A stretch of 64,000 nucleotides of DNA. Source: Candidatus Poribacteria bacterium. GTDB lineage: Bacteria; Poribacteria; WGA-4E; WGA-3G. The first letter of the stretch is position 1. Each line of letters starts with the position of its first letter. The notes beneath the pieces were generated by a model. The model saw only the letters and a list, made by a program, of their open reading frames with translations, searched no databases and was not told where the DNA came from. Location of the stretch: contig OZ244048.1 of assembly GCA_965215265.1 (NCBI GenBank), positions 3,200,001 through 3,264,000 on the forward strand, in the 5' to 3' direction. Shown in pieces: positions 48,252-58,299 of the stretch. The translations under genes were made by a program, and so were the position numbers.

Positions 48252-49205
48252 ATGGAAAATATCGTTTACACCGTTTTTGAAAAGATGAAAGCGGAGGCTC
48301 AAAAGGTTATCATTGGGCAGGAAGAGTTGTTTAAATTGGTCGTAGTCGGTTTTTTCTCGGGTGGGCATATACTGCTGGAAGGGGTGCCGGGTACAGCGAA
48401 AACGTTGATCTCCAAGACGTTAGCGATGTTAATCTCGGGTGAATTCAGTCGCGTGCAATTCACGCCGGACTTGATGCCGTCAGATATTGTGGGTACAAGT
48501 GTTTATGATTTGTCAATGAACGCCTTTAATCTGAAACGCGGTCCTGTGTTTACGAATGTTCTCTTGGCGGATGAAATTAACCGTGCACCGGCTAAGACAC
48601 AATCGGCACTTTTGGAATGTATGGAAGAGAGGCAGGTGAGCATTGACGGTGTCTGCCATGAGCTCCCTCCGCCCTTTATGGTTTTAGCGACGCAAAATCC
48701 TATAGAGTATGAAGGCACGTATCCGCTACCTGAGGCGCAATTGGATCGGTTCCTTTTCAAGTTGAGGGTTGAATACCCTGGGCGAGACAGTGAACGTCAG
48801 CTTCTGATAAACTATCATAAAGGCTTTAGTGCTTTTCATCTGGGTGAGGCAGGGGTTGAAAGTGTTATCGACACGGAGTTACTAGAACGTTGCCAAAAAG
48901 CGATTCAAGAGGTGATGGTTGAGGATTCTATTTTCAACTATATTATCAGTCTTGCCGAAGCGTCGCGTGATTCGCCGGATCTGATTTTGGGTGCGAGTCC
49001 GCGTGCCTCAATTGCGTTGTTATTGGCGAGCAAAACGTACGCGGCGTTGGAAGGCAGGAATTACATCTTACCGGATGATGTTAAGGTTTTAGCCCCGCAT
49101 GTCTATCGTCACCGCATTCTGCTCAAACCGGAAACAGAAATTGAGGGCTTATCCCCGGAGAACGTGATTGATAGATTGCTGACTGCATCCGAGGTACCGC
49201 GTTAA
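48252..49205 (+). CDS. moxR: MoxR family AAA+ ATPase
   Basis: [42 protein letters not shown]. Confidence 0.95.
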   Translation: MENIVYTVFEKMKAEAQKVIIGQEELFKLVVVGFFSGGHILLEGVPGTAKTLISKTLAMLISGEFSRVQFTPDLMPSDIVGTSVYDLSMNAFNLKRGPVFTNVLLADEINRAPAKTQSALLECMEERQVSIDGVCHELPPPFMVLATQNPIEYEGTYPLPEAQLDRFLFKLRVEYPGRDSERQLLINYHKGFSAFHLGEAGVESVIDTELLERCQKAIQEVMVEDSIFNYIISLAEASRDSPDLILGASPRASIALLLASKTYAALEGRNYILPDDVKVLAPHVYRHRILLKPETEIEGLSPENVIDRLLTASEVPR

Positions 49206-49209
49206 GAGT

Positions 49210-50604
49210 ATGCAATTGAGTAACCGGCTGTTGTATCTGCTATTCCCTGGGGCGATACCGATTGCCCTTTACAACGTTTCACCAAATTTGTTGTTCGTTG
49301 GTGGTGGCTATCTGTTCCTGTTGTTTATCGTCAGTGCGGTAGACTATCTGACCAATCCACTTTTCACAGAGGTTGAAGTGCGTCGGAAAATGAACACTAA
49401 GTTTTCATTGGGAGCAGAGAACTTGGTGACACTGAATATTGTGAATCGTTCTCGTTATCCGTTAAAGTTACAGGTTAAAGATGATTTTCCGCCAGCCTTT
49501 CGGTTTCAGTTTGCGATGCATGATGTGCAGGTAGCGCCTGCTGCGAGTGAGGTAATTAGATACGTGCTCATGCCGTTGCGTAGAGGTGTGTATGCGTTTG
49601 AAGATATTCATCTTCGATGCTACGGAATTTTGGGGTTAGTTATCCGGCAGCGGTGCATCGCGGCGGCAGCGGAGGTCAAGGTTTACCCGAACCTGCAAGC
49701 GGTGGGCCAATATGAGCTGTTAGCACGGAGGGGCCTGCTGGGCCAATTGGGGTTAAAAAATTCACGGCAATTTGGGGTGGGGACGGAAATTGAGCGGCTC
49801 CGTGAATACGCGCCGGACGATGATTTCCGTCGTATTGATTGGAAGGCGACAGCACGGCATAGAAAACCCATCGTCAGGGAGTTTGAAACGGAGCGGAGCC
49901 AAGATGTTATCTTCATGTTAGACATTGGTAGATTAATGGCATCGCCTATTCCGATAAGCAGTGCTGGTGCGTTTTCCGAAACCGGGTTCCTTGATTCAAA
50001 TGGAGGTGCTGGGCTTTCAGCGGAAAATGCGCAGCAAGCGATGATTAAACTAGATTTCGCGATTAATACCATCTTAATGACAAGTTATGTCTCAACGCTC
50101 AAGGGCGATAAGATAGGGTTAATTGCCTTTGCTGATGCCGTTCAGCACTATCTCGCACCTAAGGGGGGAAAGGCACAGTTTCTGACGATCTTAGAGACTA
50201 TCTATGCGTTACAGGTTCATCCAGTAGAGCCTGATTTTCAAGATGCGTTTCAGTACTTAGCTGCGAAGCAGCGAAAGCGGGCGTTAATTTTACTTTTTAC
50301 GGATATCTTGGATAAAGATGCGGCAGAGGGGCTGTCACGCTATGTCGGGCAGCTCTCAAAGCATCATCTTGTTGGCTGTGTGACGTTGACAGACTCAACG
50401 ATTGTGGCGCTCGCGGAGCAGAAGTTAACGGATTCCAAAACGGTTTATCAGAAAGCGATTGCTGAGAAATTGCTTCAGGAAAAACATGCGACTTTGGAAA
50501 TCCTTCGGAGGCGAGGCGTTATTACACTTGATGTGCCTGCCCATCAGTTAACGATGACAGTTGTGAATAAGTACCTGGAACTTAAAGCGAAATCCAGTAT
50601 TTAG
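49210..50604 (+). CDS. DUF58 (VWA-like) protein
   Basis: LREYAPDDDFRRIDWKATAR, LDIGRLM, LFTD. Confidence 0.9.
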   Translation: MQLSNRLLYLLFPGAIPIALYNVSPNLLFVGGGYLFLLFIVSAVDYLTNPLFTEVEVRRKMNTKFSLGAENLVTLNIVNRSRYPLKLQVKDDFPPAFRFQFAMHDVQVAPAASEVIRYVLMPLRRGVYAFEDIHLRCYGILGLVIRQRCIAAAAEVKVYPNLQAVGQYELLARRGLLGQLGLKNSRQFGVGTEIERLREYAPDDDFRRIDWKATARHRKPIVREFETERSQDVIFMLDIGRLMASPIPISSAGAFSETGFLDSNGGAGLSAENAQQAMIKLDFAINTILMTSYVSTLKGDKIGLIAFADAVQHYLAPKGGKAQFLTILETIYALQVHPVEPDFQDAFQYLAAKQRKRALILLFTDILDKDAAEGLSRYVGQLSKHHLVGCVTLTDSTIVALAEQKLTDSKTVYQKAIAEKLLQEKHATLEILRRRGVITLDVPAHQLTMTVVNKYLELKAKSSI

Positions 50605-50643
50605 TTTGGTGGCGCTGCTGTGCTAAATATGACTGCAATTTTG

Positions 50644-51591
50644 TCATTTGTTATAAAAAAGATAACCGAACAAGAGAACACCGGTTATCACTCCGATTGT
50701 GATTTTAAGATAAGGCGACAGTCCGGAAGGTGAGATAAAACCTTCAATAATTCCTGCGATGAGGAAGAGTGCGATACATCCGCCGAGGAGGTGGACGGCG
50801 GTTTGTGCGGCATTGACGAGTGCGCGTTTGCGAGTGAGCAAGCCGGGCGCTATCAGTGCGTAGCCCATTTTTAGTCCGGCACCGCCTGCGATAAAAATCG
50901 CTGTCAATTCAATATAGCCGTGTGGGGAAACGAATGACCAGAGCGCGAGCGAGAATCCATGCACATGGCAAAGTCCTGCAACTGCGCCGATTGATACCCC
51001 GTTAAGGGCTAATACATAAACGGTGCCTATCATGAAGATAATGCCGGCGGCAAATGCCAGAAATGCCACTCGTATATTGTTGGTAATCACGAAAGAAGCA
51101 AATAGATTTCTCGCTTCTGCCGATGTATTGTTCCACGTCGCCTTGTCTGAGTCGTAAAGTTTATCGAGGAGGCTGGATGGAACGATATTTTCCGCAAAAT
51201 CTGGGTTGACTACAGCGAGGCAATAGGATGCTGCGAATCCGATGATGAACAGTGCAAATGCTGTGGCAATAAAGGTGAGATTGCTGCGGAAGAGTGCGGG
51301 AAAACCGGACTGAAGGAATTGGCGTAACGTGCCGCGTTTGAAAGGCGAAGTCTGGTAAATCCCAGTGTGTGCCTGGGATGCAAGTTGGTTGAGATATCTG
51401 GTGCAAGCGGTCTGCGGGAAATCGCGTCTCGCCATGGCTAAGTCTGAGGTAACACGTCGATACAGATAGCCTAAACGATTCAATTGGGCTGTGGACAAGT
51501 TGGCGCGCTGCGCGCTGCGCGTCCGCTTTAGCAATTCTTCCAATTCTGTCCAGATTGGCTGTTTTTTATGTACAAATTGTTCTAAAGTCAT
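50644..51591 (-). CDS. Stage II sporulation protein M family membrane protein
   Basis: LYRRVTSDLA, NNIRVAF, PHGYIEL, IEGFISP. Confidence 0.88.
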   Translation of the reverse strand: MTLEQFVHKKQPIWTELEELLKRTRSAQRANLSTAQLNRLGYLYRRVTSDLAMARRDFPQTACTRYLNQLASQAHTGIYQTSPFKRGTLRQFLQSGFPALFRSNLTFIATAFALFIIGFAASYCLAVVNPDFAENIVPSSLLDKLYDSDKATWNNTSAEARNLFASFVITNNIRVAFLAFAAGIIFMIGTVYVLALNGVSIGAVAGLCHVHGFSLALWSFVSPHGYIELTAIFIAGGAGLKMGYALIAPGLLTRKRALVNAAQTAVHLLGGCIALFLIAGIIEGFISPSGLSPYLKITIGVITGVLLFGYLFYNK

Positions 51592-51670
51592 AATAACTCC
51601 GTTTTACAGACAGTTCTCTAATCGTGAATTGGCACTGACGTGCTCACCTCGTTGAAGGGCCCTCTCAAAA

Positions 51671-52174
51671 ATGAACGAACATTTATCTATTGAAACTCCT
51701 GAACAGATTGAACTCAGATATAATCTTGCGGGCATCGGTTCGCGTTTTTATGCAGCGTTGCTGGATACATCTCTGCTTTTGGTAATTATCTTTTTAGGGT
51801 TCTTTGTTACTTACTATACCCAATTCGAATTAGTGAGCCTTCTCGGGAACTGGCTTGCGGCGATAAGCGGGCTGGTTGTCTTCGCGCTGTTCTGGGGTTA
51901 CTATATGATTTTTGAAATTACGATGAATGGACAGTCACCGGGCAAACGTGCGTTGGGCTTACGCGTTATCAAAGAAGGTGGTTACCCTATCAGTTTCGCG
52001 GATTCTGCCATTCGGAATTTAGTTCGGATAATTGACTTTCTCCCGATCGGTTACGGGGTTGGGCTTCTCTCTATGCTGATGAATAAGAATTGGCGGCGAT
52101 TAGGTGACTTAGCCGCAGGGACCTTGGTTATTAAAGAGAGCACAAAGTCTAAAAAGCCGAGAACTTTCCGTTAA
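51671..52174 (+). CDS. RDD family protein
   Basis: IETPE, RFYAALLD, GQSPGKR, RLGDLAAGT. Confidence 0.9.
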   Translation: MNEHLSIETPEQIELRYNLAGIGSRFYAALLDTSLLLVIIFLGFFVTYYTQFELVSLLGNWLAAISGLVVFALFWGYYMIFEITMNGQSPGKRALGLRVIKEGGYPISFADSAIRNLVRIIDFLPIGYGVGLLSMLMNKNWRRLGDLAAGTLVIKESTKSKKPRTFR

Positions 52175-52510
52175 CTCTACATGCAGATAGCAAAAAAGTC
52201 AACGTTAAAATTTATTTTGCTATTTTTGAGTGTATCTGGTATGGTATATTTTTATATTGACAATCTCATCCTCAATTCCTTACAATGTAACCTAAGTTGG
52301 CGAATGTAAGGGTATAAGAGATTTGCCAATCTCGGAAGGCAAACGGAGTTTGTGGCGAAAATTGTACGTTTGTGGCCGTGAAGAATTTTTGAGATGTAGA
52401 GAAATGGCGAGAGAGGCTTATGCAAATTCTAGACTGCATTTACAATGCAAAAAAGCGTGTTTTTTATTACTTCAAAACCTTTAAGATTTTAGGCAAGGAC
52501 AAGTTAACCT

Positions 52511-53269
52511 GTGGCATCTATTAATGACATTGCGAACGCGTTTCTGCGTGAGGAAATTGAAGAGTTTCTTGAACGTCCGGAAGAGATAGCTGTTTTTATT
52601 GAGATGTTCGCGCAAGCGGCACCGGCAATGCAGGATATCGCGGCAGCGCTAATTGATGGCGACCATCACACTGTCGATGATTTGACAGCGGGAGCACTTG
52701 CAGGAGGCACTGAGGCGCTAGAGGTTATGGATGATGGACTGATTGCAGGGATGGGCATCGTCGGCATAAAATTCCGTGAAAACTTCATTTTTGTCCCGGA
52801 GGTTTTAGCATGCGCGCGTGCGATGAAAGCCGGAATGGCACATATTGAACCGATACTCTCTGATTCTGGTATTGAACCGATCGGCACTGTGATTATGGGT
52901 ACTGTCAAAGGTGATTTGCACGATATCGGCAAAAATTTATGTATTATGATGCTGCGCGGTGCTGGATTTGTTGTCCATGATTTAGGCGTAGATACCTCTG
53001 AGGATGAATTCATTGAGGCAGTGGAGACGTACGAAGCTCCCATCTTGGGCATGTCCGCGCTGTTAACGACGACCATGCCGAATATGGGGAAAACGATTGA
53101 GGCATTTATTGATGAGGACCTGCGCGAGGATGTAAGGATTATGGTAGGCGGTGCACCCGTAACTCAGGGGTTTGCAGATGATATGGGTGCCGACGGTTAC
53201 GGAAAAGACGCACTCGCATGTGTGGCTTTAGCAAAGCAGTTCATGACGCAGGAAGGCAACGAGTTTTAA
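52511..53269 (+). CDS. Cobalamin-binding corrinoid protein (MetH cap and B12-binding domains)
   Basis: FIFVPEVL, GDLHDIGKN (DxHxxG), MSALL, VGGA. Confidence 0.92.
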   Translation: MASINDIANAFLREEIEEFLERPEEIAVFIEMFAQAAPAMQDIAAALIDGDHHTVDDLTAGALAGGTEALEVMDDGLIAGMGIVGIKFRENFIFVPEVLACARAMKAGMAHIEPILSDSGIEPIGTVIMGTVKGDLHDIGKNLCIMMLRGAGFVVHDLGVDTSEDEFIEAVETYEAPILGMSALLTTTMPNMGKTIEAFIDEDLREDVRIMVGGAPVTQGFADDMGADGYGKDALACVALAKQFMTQEGNEF

Positions 53270-53296
53270 TCCAAGTACCGAAAGCAGAATTGGAAA

Positions 53297-55228
53297 ATGG
53301 AAAAAATAGACAAAACCGAGTATCAAAAACGACTGGATAAAATCACGCAGATTTTCGAGGGACTTGTCGTCCATGCTGACGAACAGGCAACGTATCGATG
53401 TCCCTACAAAAATAGAGAAGACCGGTGTACTGCTAAGTTCGGGTGCCGTAACCAACGGAAGGTTGGTGGAGAAAATAGGTCAGATTCATTACTGCTATGC
53501 GTAGGTGACGATAAGTTAGATTATCGTAGTGCTTGGGAAACAGAGCCGGAAAAGGGAGTGAGCTCTGGCGGCGGCACGATTAGTTCGGAGGGCAGCAATT
53601 TGCGAGCCGGGCTTCCGATTAGAGTAGGAAAAACGGTGTTTGACTATGCAGACGACTTAGCAGTTCAAGTGCCTACCTCCTGTTTCCGGACTGGGCAGTG
53701 CCACGAGTGTATTGTTGAGATAAAGCGAGGGATGGAATGTTTAACGCCCCGGAACGAAGCGGAGGCTTTTCTGGGTGAAAATTACCGGCTCGCGTGTCAA
53801 GCAGTGGTGCGGGATGCGGAAAGCGATATAGTTTTTGAGCCGCTGTGTCGCAAACCGAGGATTTTAGTAGAAGCGCCTTTGGAGCCTAACATAGAACTGC
53901 AGCCCTGCGTCACACATCGCGACGGTATTGTCTATTATGATGCTGAGCCGATAGATAGGTACCGTGGTCATCTCTACGGGCTCGCGCTTGACATCGGCAC
54001 AACGACGGTTGTTGCCAACCTCGTGGATTTGGAGAGGGGTGAGACGGTCTGTGTGAGTTCATTTGAGAATCCGCAGCGTTTCGGTGGGAGTGATATTATG
54101 CACCGCATCTCCTACGATGGTAAATTTCCGGGTGAGCTGCGGCGTTCGCTGGTTGCGGCGCTCAACAGTGAAATTATGGCGATGTGTGCACGGCACAACT
54201 TTGTCCGGCAGGAAATTTACGAGATTGTTGTGGTTGGCAACAGTACTATGCGGGATATTTTCTTCAAACAAGATGTCCAAAGCATTGGTCAAAAGCCTTA
54301 CAAGTCTATGATTGAGCATGCGTATCGTGATGGTGGGCGTTCAACGACCGGTCTCACGGAAAAAACGAGACGTTTAGGGATAAGGGCCAACCCAAAAGCG
54401 ATGGTTTATAGCCTGCCTTTAATTGCGAGCCACGTCGGTGCAGATGTTGCCGCGGACCTGGTTGCAATTGATATCTCTTCGCGGAACGGGACGGTGATGC
54501 TTGTTGATGTCGGTACAAACACTGAAGTCGTTATCGGAAATTCAGAGCGGATGGTTTGCGCTTCATGTCCTGCCGGGCCTGCTTTTGAAGGGCGCGGGAT
54601 TAAATACGGGATGCCTGCTTACCCTGGTGCTATTGAGTCGATCAGATGGCATGATGGGCAGGTTGAGTATCAGACGATTCAGGATGAGGAATCGCAAGAC
54701 GCAATGGTTCCGGCTGGGCTCTGCGGTTCTGGTCTGATTTCGCTGCTCGCGGAACTTCGTCGGCATCAGCAGATGAGCGCGAAAGGGGTTTTCGCTGATA
54801 GGAAGCAGAAAGAATTGGCACTTCTCCCGCAATACGGTATTACCTTCTCACGAGAAGATGCGAGCAATCTGGCACAAGCGAAAGCGGCGAACTACTGTGG
54901 GCAATATATTCTGCTCCGGTACTTCGGCTGTACTCCGCAAGACATCACAAAACTCTTTTTGGCAGGCGGATTTGCCAACTATGTGAACCTTCAAGATGCG
55001 ATTGAGATAGGGTTCTTAGCGCCTGTGCCGGAGGAACGGATTGTCAAGATAGGGAACGCCGCAGTCAGTGGTGCCAAAATCGTGTTGCTTTCGAAAAAGA
55101 GACGGGCTGATGTTGAGGCCTTTGTTAAAAACATTGAACACGTCGAGTTGGAAACAACCCCGGATTTTTTTGAAGTCTTCGTTGAGGGCTGTCAATTTAA
55201 ACCGATGCCGAGAGGGCTGTCAATTTAA
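53297..55228 (+). CDS. ASKHA/DUF4445 reductive activator of corrinoid proteins with 2Fe-2S domain
   Basis: CFRTGQCHEC...RLACQ, DIGTTTV, DVGTNTE, AGPAFEG, CGSG, LAGGF, GNAA. Confidence 0.9.
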   Translation: MEKIDKTEYQKRLDKITQIFEGLVVHADEQATYRCPYKNREDRCTAKFGCRNQRKVGGENRSDSLLLCVGDDKLDYRSAWETEPEKGVSSGGGTISSEGSNLRAGLPIRVGKTVFDYADDLAVQVPTSCFRTGQCHECIVEIKRGMECLTPRNEAEAFLGENYRLACQAVVRDAESDIVFEPLCRKPRILVEAPLEPNIELQPCVTHRDGIVYYDAEPIDRYRGHLYGLALDIGTTTVVANLVDLERGETVCVSSFENPQRFGGSDIMHRISYDGKFPGELRRSLVAALNSEIMAMCARHNFVRQEIYEIVVVGNSTMRDIFFKQDVQSIGQKPYKSMIEHAYRDGGRSTTGLTEKTRRLGIRANPKAMVYSLPLIASHVGADVAADLVAIDISSRNGTVMLVDVGTNTEVVIGNSERMVCASCPAGPAFEGRGIKYGMPAYPGAIESIRWHDGQVEYQTIQDEESQDAMVPAGLCGSGLISLLAELRRHQQMSAKGVFADRKQKELALLPQYGITFSREDASNLAQAKAANYCGQYILLRYFGCTPQDITKLFLAGGFANYVNLQDAIEIGFLAPVPEERIVKIGNAAVSGAKIVLLSKKRRADVEAFVKNIEHVELETTPDFFEVFVEGCQFKPMPRGLSI

Positions 55229-55237
55229 ACCGATGCC
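55184..55237 (+). repeat. 28-bp-period tandem duplication at the 3' end of the ASKHA gene
   Basis: GAGGGCTGTCAATTTAAACCGATGCC at 55184-55209 and 55212-55237. Confidence 0.9.
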
Positions 55238-55261
55238 AGCGTGCGGAGAACACGAATCACT

Positions 55262-56305
55262 GTGAAGACTTTTCGAGAACGTTTAAAATCGCATAAACCG
55301 ATACTTTACGACGGTGGGTTTGGCACGCAATTATTCGTTAGAGAGATAGAATTGGCGAATAGTGCACTTGCCAACGAATTGCATCCGGCTGCAGTGATAG
55401 ACATTCATTCAGATTATATTCGGGCGGGGGCAGAAGTTATTGGAACGAACACCTTTGTCGCCTCTCCTTTGCATTTACAGATGGCTGGACAGGATAAGTC
55501 TGGCGCGCAACGGCTTACGCAGCTCGCTGTGGAACACGCGAAGAGAGCGGTCGCTCTGAACGACAAGCACATCTACATCGCCGGGTCTGTGGGTCCATCG
55601 CCCGGTGCAATTGAGGCGGACAGCGGCGATACAACTTTCGGCATCGCAAATGCAGAAGTTCGAGAGGCGCACCAATTAGTTATCCACACGCTCGCAGAGG
55701 CAGGGGTAGATTTTTTCTGCATTGAGACGATGTTTTCCGCTAAAGAAGCCGCTATCGCCGTTGATGTGGCACGGGAAACAGGACTGCCGATTGCCTTGAA
55801 CCTTACCTACAAGTGGACACAGAACCGTCGGACCGGTGATGTTATCTATAGAACGGATTGGGGGCATTCTCCTGCAGATGTGCTTCAAATCCTTGATAGC
55901 GGTGAATTTTCGAAAGGTGACTCACTCTTAGAATCGGTTGACATTATCGGCATTAACTGCGGTGCTGAAACCCGGCACCCTGAACACACAGGGATGCCGT
56001 ATGCAATTATAGGTATCCAGCAATTACGTGAAGCGTTTTCTGAAAAAGGGCTTGACGTTAAACGAACGATGGCCTATCCGAACGCTGGCATGCCGCAGCT
56101 AGATAAAAGTATGAAAACGTTCTACACGCAAACGCCAGCCGAGATGGCGAGCTATATCCCTAAATTGATTGAAGTGGGTGCACATCTTATCGGAGGGTGT
56201 TGTGGTACGACACCTGCGCATATCAATGTTTTCCGAGAAGTAATAGATTCAGAGCAATCTGTCCCTGAAAGCGATGAAAATGGAAACGTTAACACTTGTC
56301 TATAA
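55262..56305 (+). CDS. Homocysteine S-methyltransferase family protein (MetH N-terminal domain)
   Basis: YDGGFGT, TNTF, AGSVGP, IETM, GINC, YPNAG, GGCCGT Zn ligands; start probably GTG 55262. Confidence 0.9.
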   Translation: MKTFRERLKSHKPILYDGGFGTQLFVREIELANSALANELHPAAVIDIHSDYIRAGAEVIGTNTFVASPLHLQMAGQDKSGAQRLTQLAVEHAKRAVALNDKHIYIAGSVGPSPGAIEADSGDTTFGIANAEVREAHQLVIHTLAEAGVDFFCIETMFSAKEAAIAVDVARETGLPIALNLTYKWTQNRRTGDVIYRTDWGHSPADVLQILDSGEFSKGDSLLESVDIIGINCGAETRHPEHTGMPYAIIGIQQLREAFSEKGLDVKRTMAYPNAGMPQLDKSMKTFYTQTPAEMASYIPKLIEVGAHLIGGCCGTTPAHINVFREVIDSEQSVPESDENGNVNTCL

Positions 56306-56768
56306 AAGACTTCCAGATCGAGTTGCCTATTTCCAACAGCAGTTGCTTTATGAAGATGAAAACGTCATTATCACGACGCAACGCGTTAAACCGTCCGCGC
56401 CTATTGTTTATAACGGCCAAACAGTATTAGGTGATAACTTCACAGCGATCTGGTTTGTGTTCCCGGAGCTTTGGTATGATATAGGCAAAATTTACAATCT
56501 GAATAACGAGTGGACAGGCTACTATTGCGATATTATCCTCCCTATGAAACGGACTGAAACGTTATTTGAAATTGTAGATCTGTTTCTCGATCTCTGGGTA
56601 TTTCCGGATGGTAGGTATGAAATTCAAGATGAGGACGAATTTGAAGCGGCACTTCAGACAGGCGCGATTGATGCCGAATTGGCACGAAAAGCGCGCGATG
56701 CACTGAATGCGCTAATTGCTGACGTTGCATCCGGAAAATTTCCACCAAAAATTGTGGAAGAATATTGA
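56274..56768 (+). CDS. DUF402 domain protein
   Basis: GYYCDI, DLFLDLWV, DEDEF. Confidence 0.8.
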   Translation: MKMETLTLVYKRLPDRVAYFQQQLLYEDENVIITTQRVKPSAPIVYNGQTVLGDNFTAIWFVFPELWYDIGKIYNLNNEWTGYYCDIILPMKRTETLFEIVDLFLDLWVFPDGRYEIQDEDEFEAALQTGAIDAELARKARDALNALIADVASGKFPPKIVEEY

Positions 56769-56963
56769 TACCTTTTTGTTGTAATTAAACGGATAATAAA
56801 GATAGCAGAATTAAAGAACGGAGTAGTCCACAGAAATGCTGAACTGTGTAGCGCGCAGCTTGAAGCGATGACTTACAAACAGTCTCCTCACTATCCGCGG
56901 TGAGAATTAGAAATGCTGGTATAACTGACTCTTACCCGCAAATTATACAAAGGTGCCAAACGC

Positions 56964-58184
56964 ATGCCAACACTCGCAATAAACGGCGGAGAACCTATCC
57001 GCACTAAACCGTTTCCAGCCTGGCCGACGCTGGATGCGACGGATATTGAAGCCTTTCAGGATATCTACGACAGCCGACACTGGGGTGTTAGCGGTACGAA
57101 GGTGCCTGAATTTGAGAAAAAGTTCGCTGAGTTCCAAGGTGCTAACTACGGTGTTTGTGTCAATAGCGGTACCTCGGCACTCTATGTCTCCTTGAAGGCG
57201 GCAGGTGTCGGTCCGGGCGACGAGGTTATTACTACTGCTTATACCTTCCAAGCCACGGTTGTCGCAATTCTGATGACGCATGCGGTGCCTGTGTTTGTGG
57301 ATACTGCCCCGGATAATTTTCTGTTAGATGCATCGAAGGTTGAATCAGCGATAACAGGAAAGACCAAAGTTATCTTGCCTGTGCACATCGCAGGTTATCC
57401 TGCTGATATGGATGCGCTGGTTGAGATTGCCCGGAGACATCGTCTCAAATTGATTGAGGATTGCGCGCAGGCGCATGGTGCGGAGTGGCGCGGCCGCGGT
57501 GTAGGCAGCTGGGGGGATTTCGGGTGCTTTAGTTTTCAGTCCTCGAAAAACTTGTGCGCTGGCGAAGGTGGGATTATTCTCACCACCGATCGGGAGCTCT
57601 ATGAACGTGCTTGGGCATTTCATAACTGCGGGCGGACACCTCCGGATGCTGAATATGGAATGGTTGAGCCGTTCGGCGGGAACTTTCGGATGACAGAATG
57701 GCAGGCTGGACTTCTGCTATCCCGTTTGACGCGGCTTGAATCGGAAACGAACCACCGGCACATGAATATGCGCTGGTTAGATGGTTGGTTTGGCGAAATC
57801 CCTGGTATCAAAGTCACGCCGCTGGATCCACGTGCCACCCGCGGGGGGTGCCACGGTTACAAAGCGATTTTTGACGCTGAGGAATTCGGGGGCATCTCCC
57901 GGAAAATCTTCCTAAACGCAATGCGTGCGGAAGGCATCCCGATGGGATATTGGTACGCGACACCCATGTACCGCGCGGACTTCTTAGCATCCAATCTCTT
58001 TGGACAAGAACAAGACCTTTCCGAGGCACACTGTCCTGAGACGGAGAAACTGTGTCAAACAGGGCTTGCCTTGGGGCAGAATGTTTTAATGGGGAGCGAA
58101 GTAGATATGGAAGATATCATTGAGGCGGCAATGAAAGTGCGTAGGAACGTAGCAGAGCTCAAAGAAGCTAGTGCTGATGCTTAA
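56964..58184 (+). CDS. DegT/DnrJ/EryC1/StrS PLP aminotransferase
   Basis: NSGTSAL, IEDCAQAHG, SFQSSKN, GEGG, GNFRM. Confidence 0.92.
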   Translation: MPTLAINGGEPIRTKPFPAWPTLDATDIEAFQDIYDSRHWGVSGTKVPEFEKKFAEFQGANYGVCVNSGTSALYVSLKAAGVGPGDEVITTAYTFQATVVAILMTHAVPVFVDTAPDNFLLDASKVESAITGKTKVILPVHIAGYPADMDALVEIARRHRLKLIEDCAQAHGAEWRGRGVGSWGDFGCFSFQSSKNLCAGEGGIILTTDRELYERAWAFHNCGRTPPDAEYGMVEPFGGNFRMTEWQAGLLLSRLTRLESETNHRHMNMRWLDGWFGEIPGIKVTPLDPRATRGGCHGYKAIFDAEEFGGISRKIFLNAMRAEGIPMGYWYATPMYRADFLASNLFGQEQDLSEAHCPETEKLCQTGLALGQNVLMGSEVDMEDIIEAAMKVRRNVAELKEASADA

Positions 58185-58299
58185 AGCACGCATTCTCAAC
58201 GTTGAGGATACGCGATTTCTTCTGCGAAGGTTTGATGTTAATAAAGGCACGGTAGGAGCAATCTCCAGATATTGATGCTACGCGGAAGTGCATCTGCCG

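Noticed and set aside
52175-52510. Expected cobalamin or SAM riboswitch upstream of the corrinoid cluster
   Set aside because: No B12-box or SAM-I core motifs seen; only a promoter-like TTGACA-18-TACAAT and one hairpin
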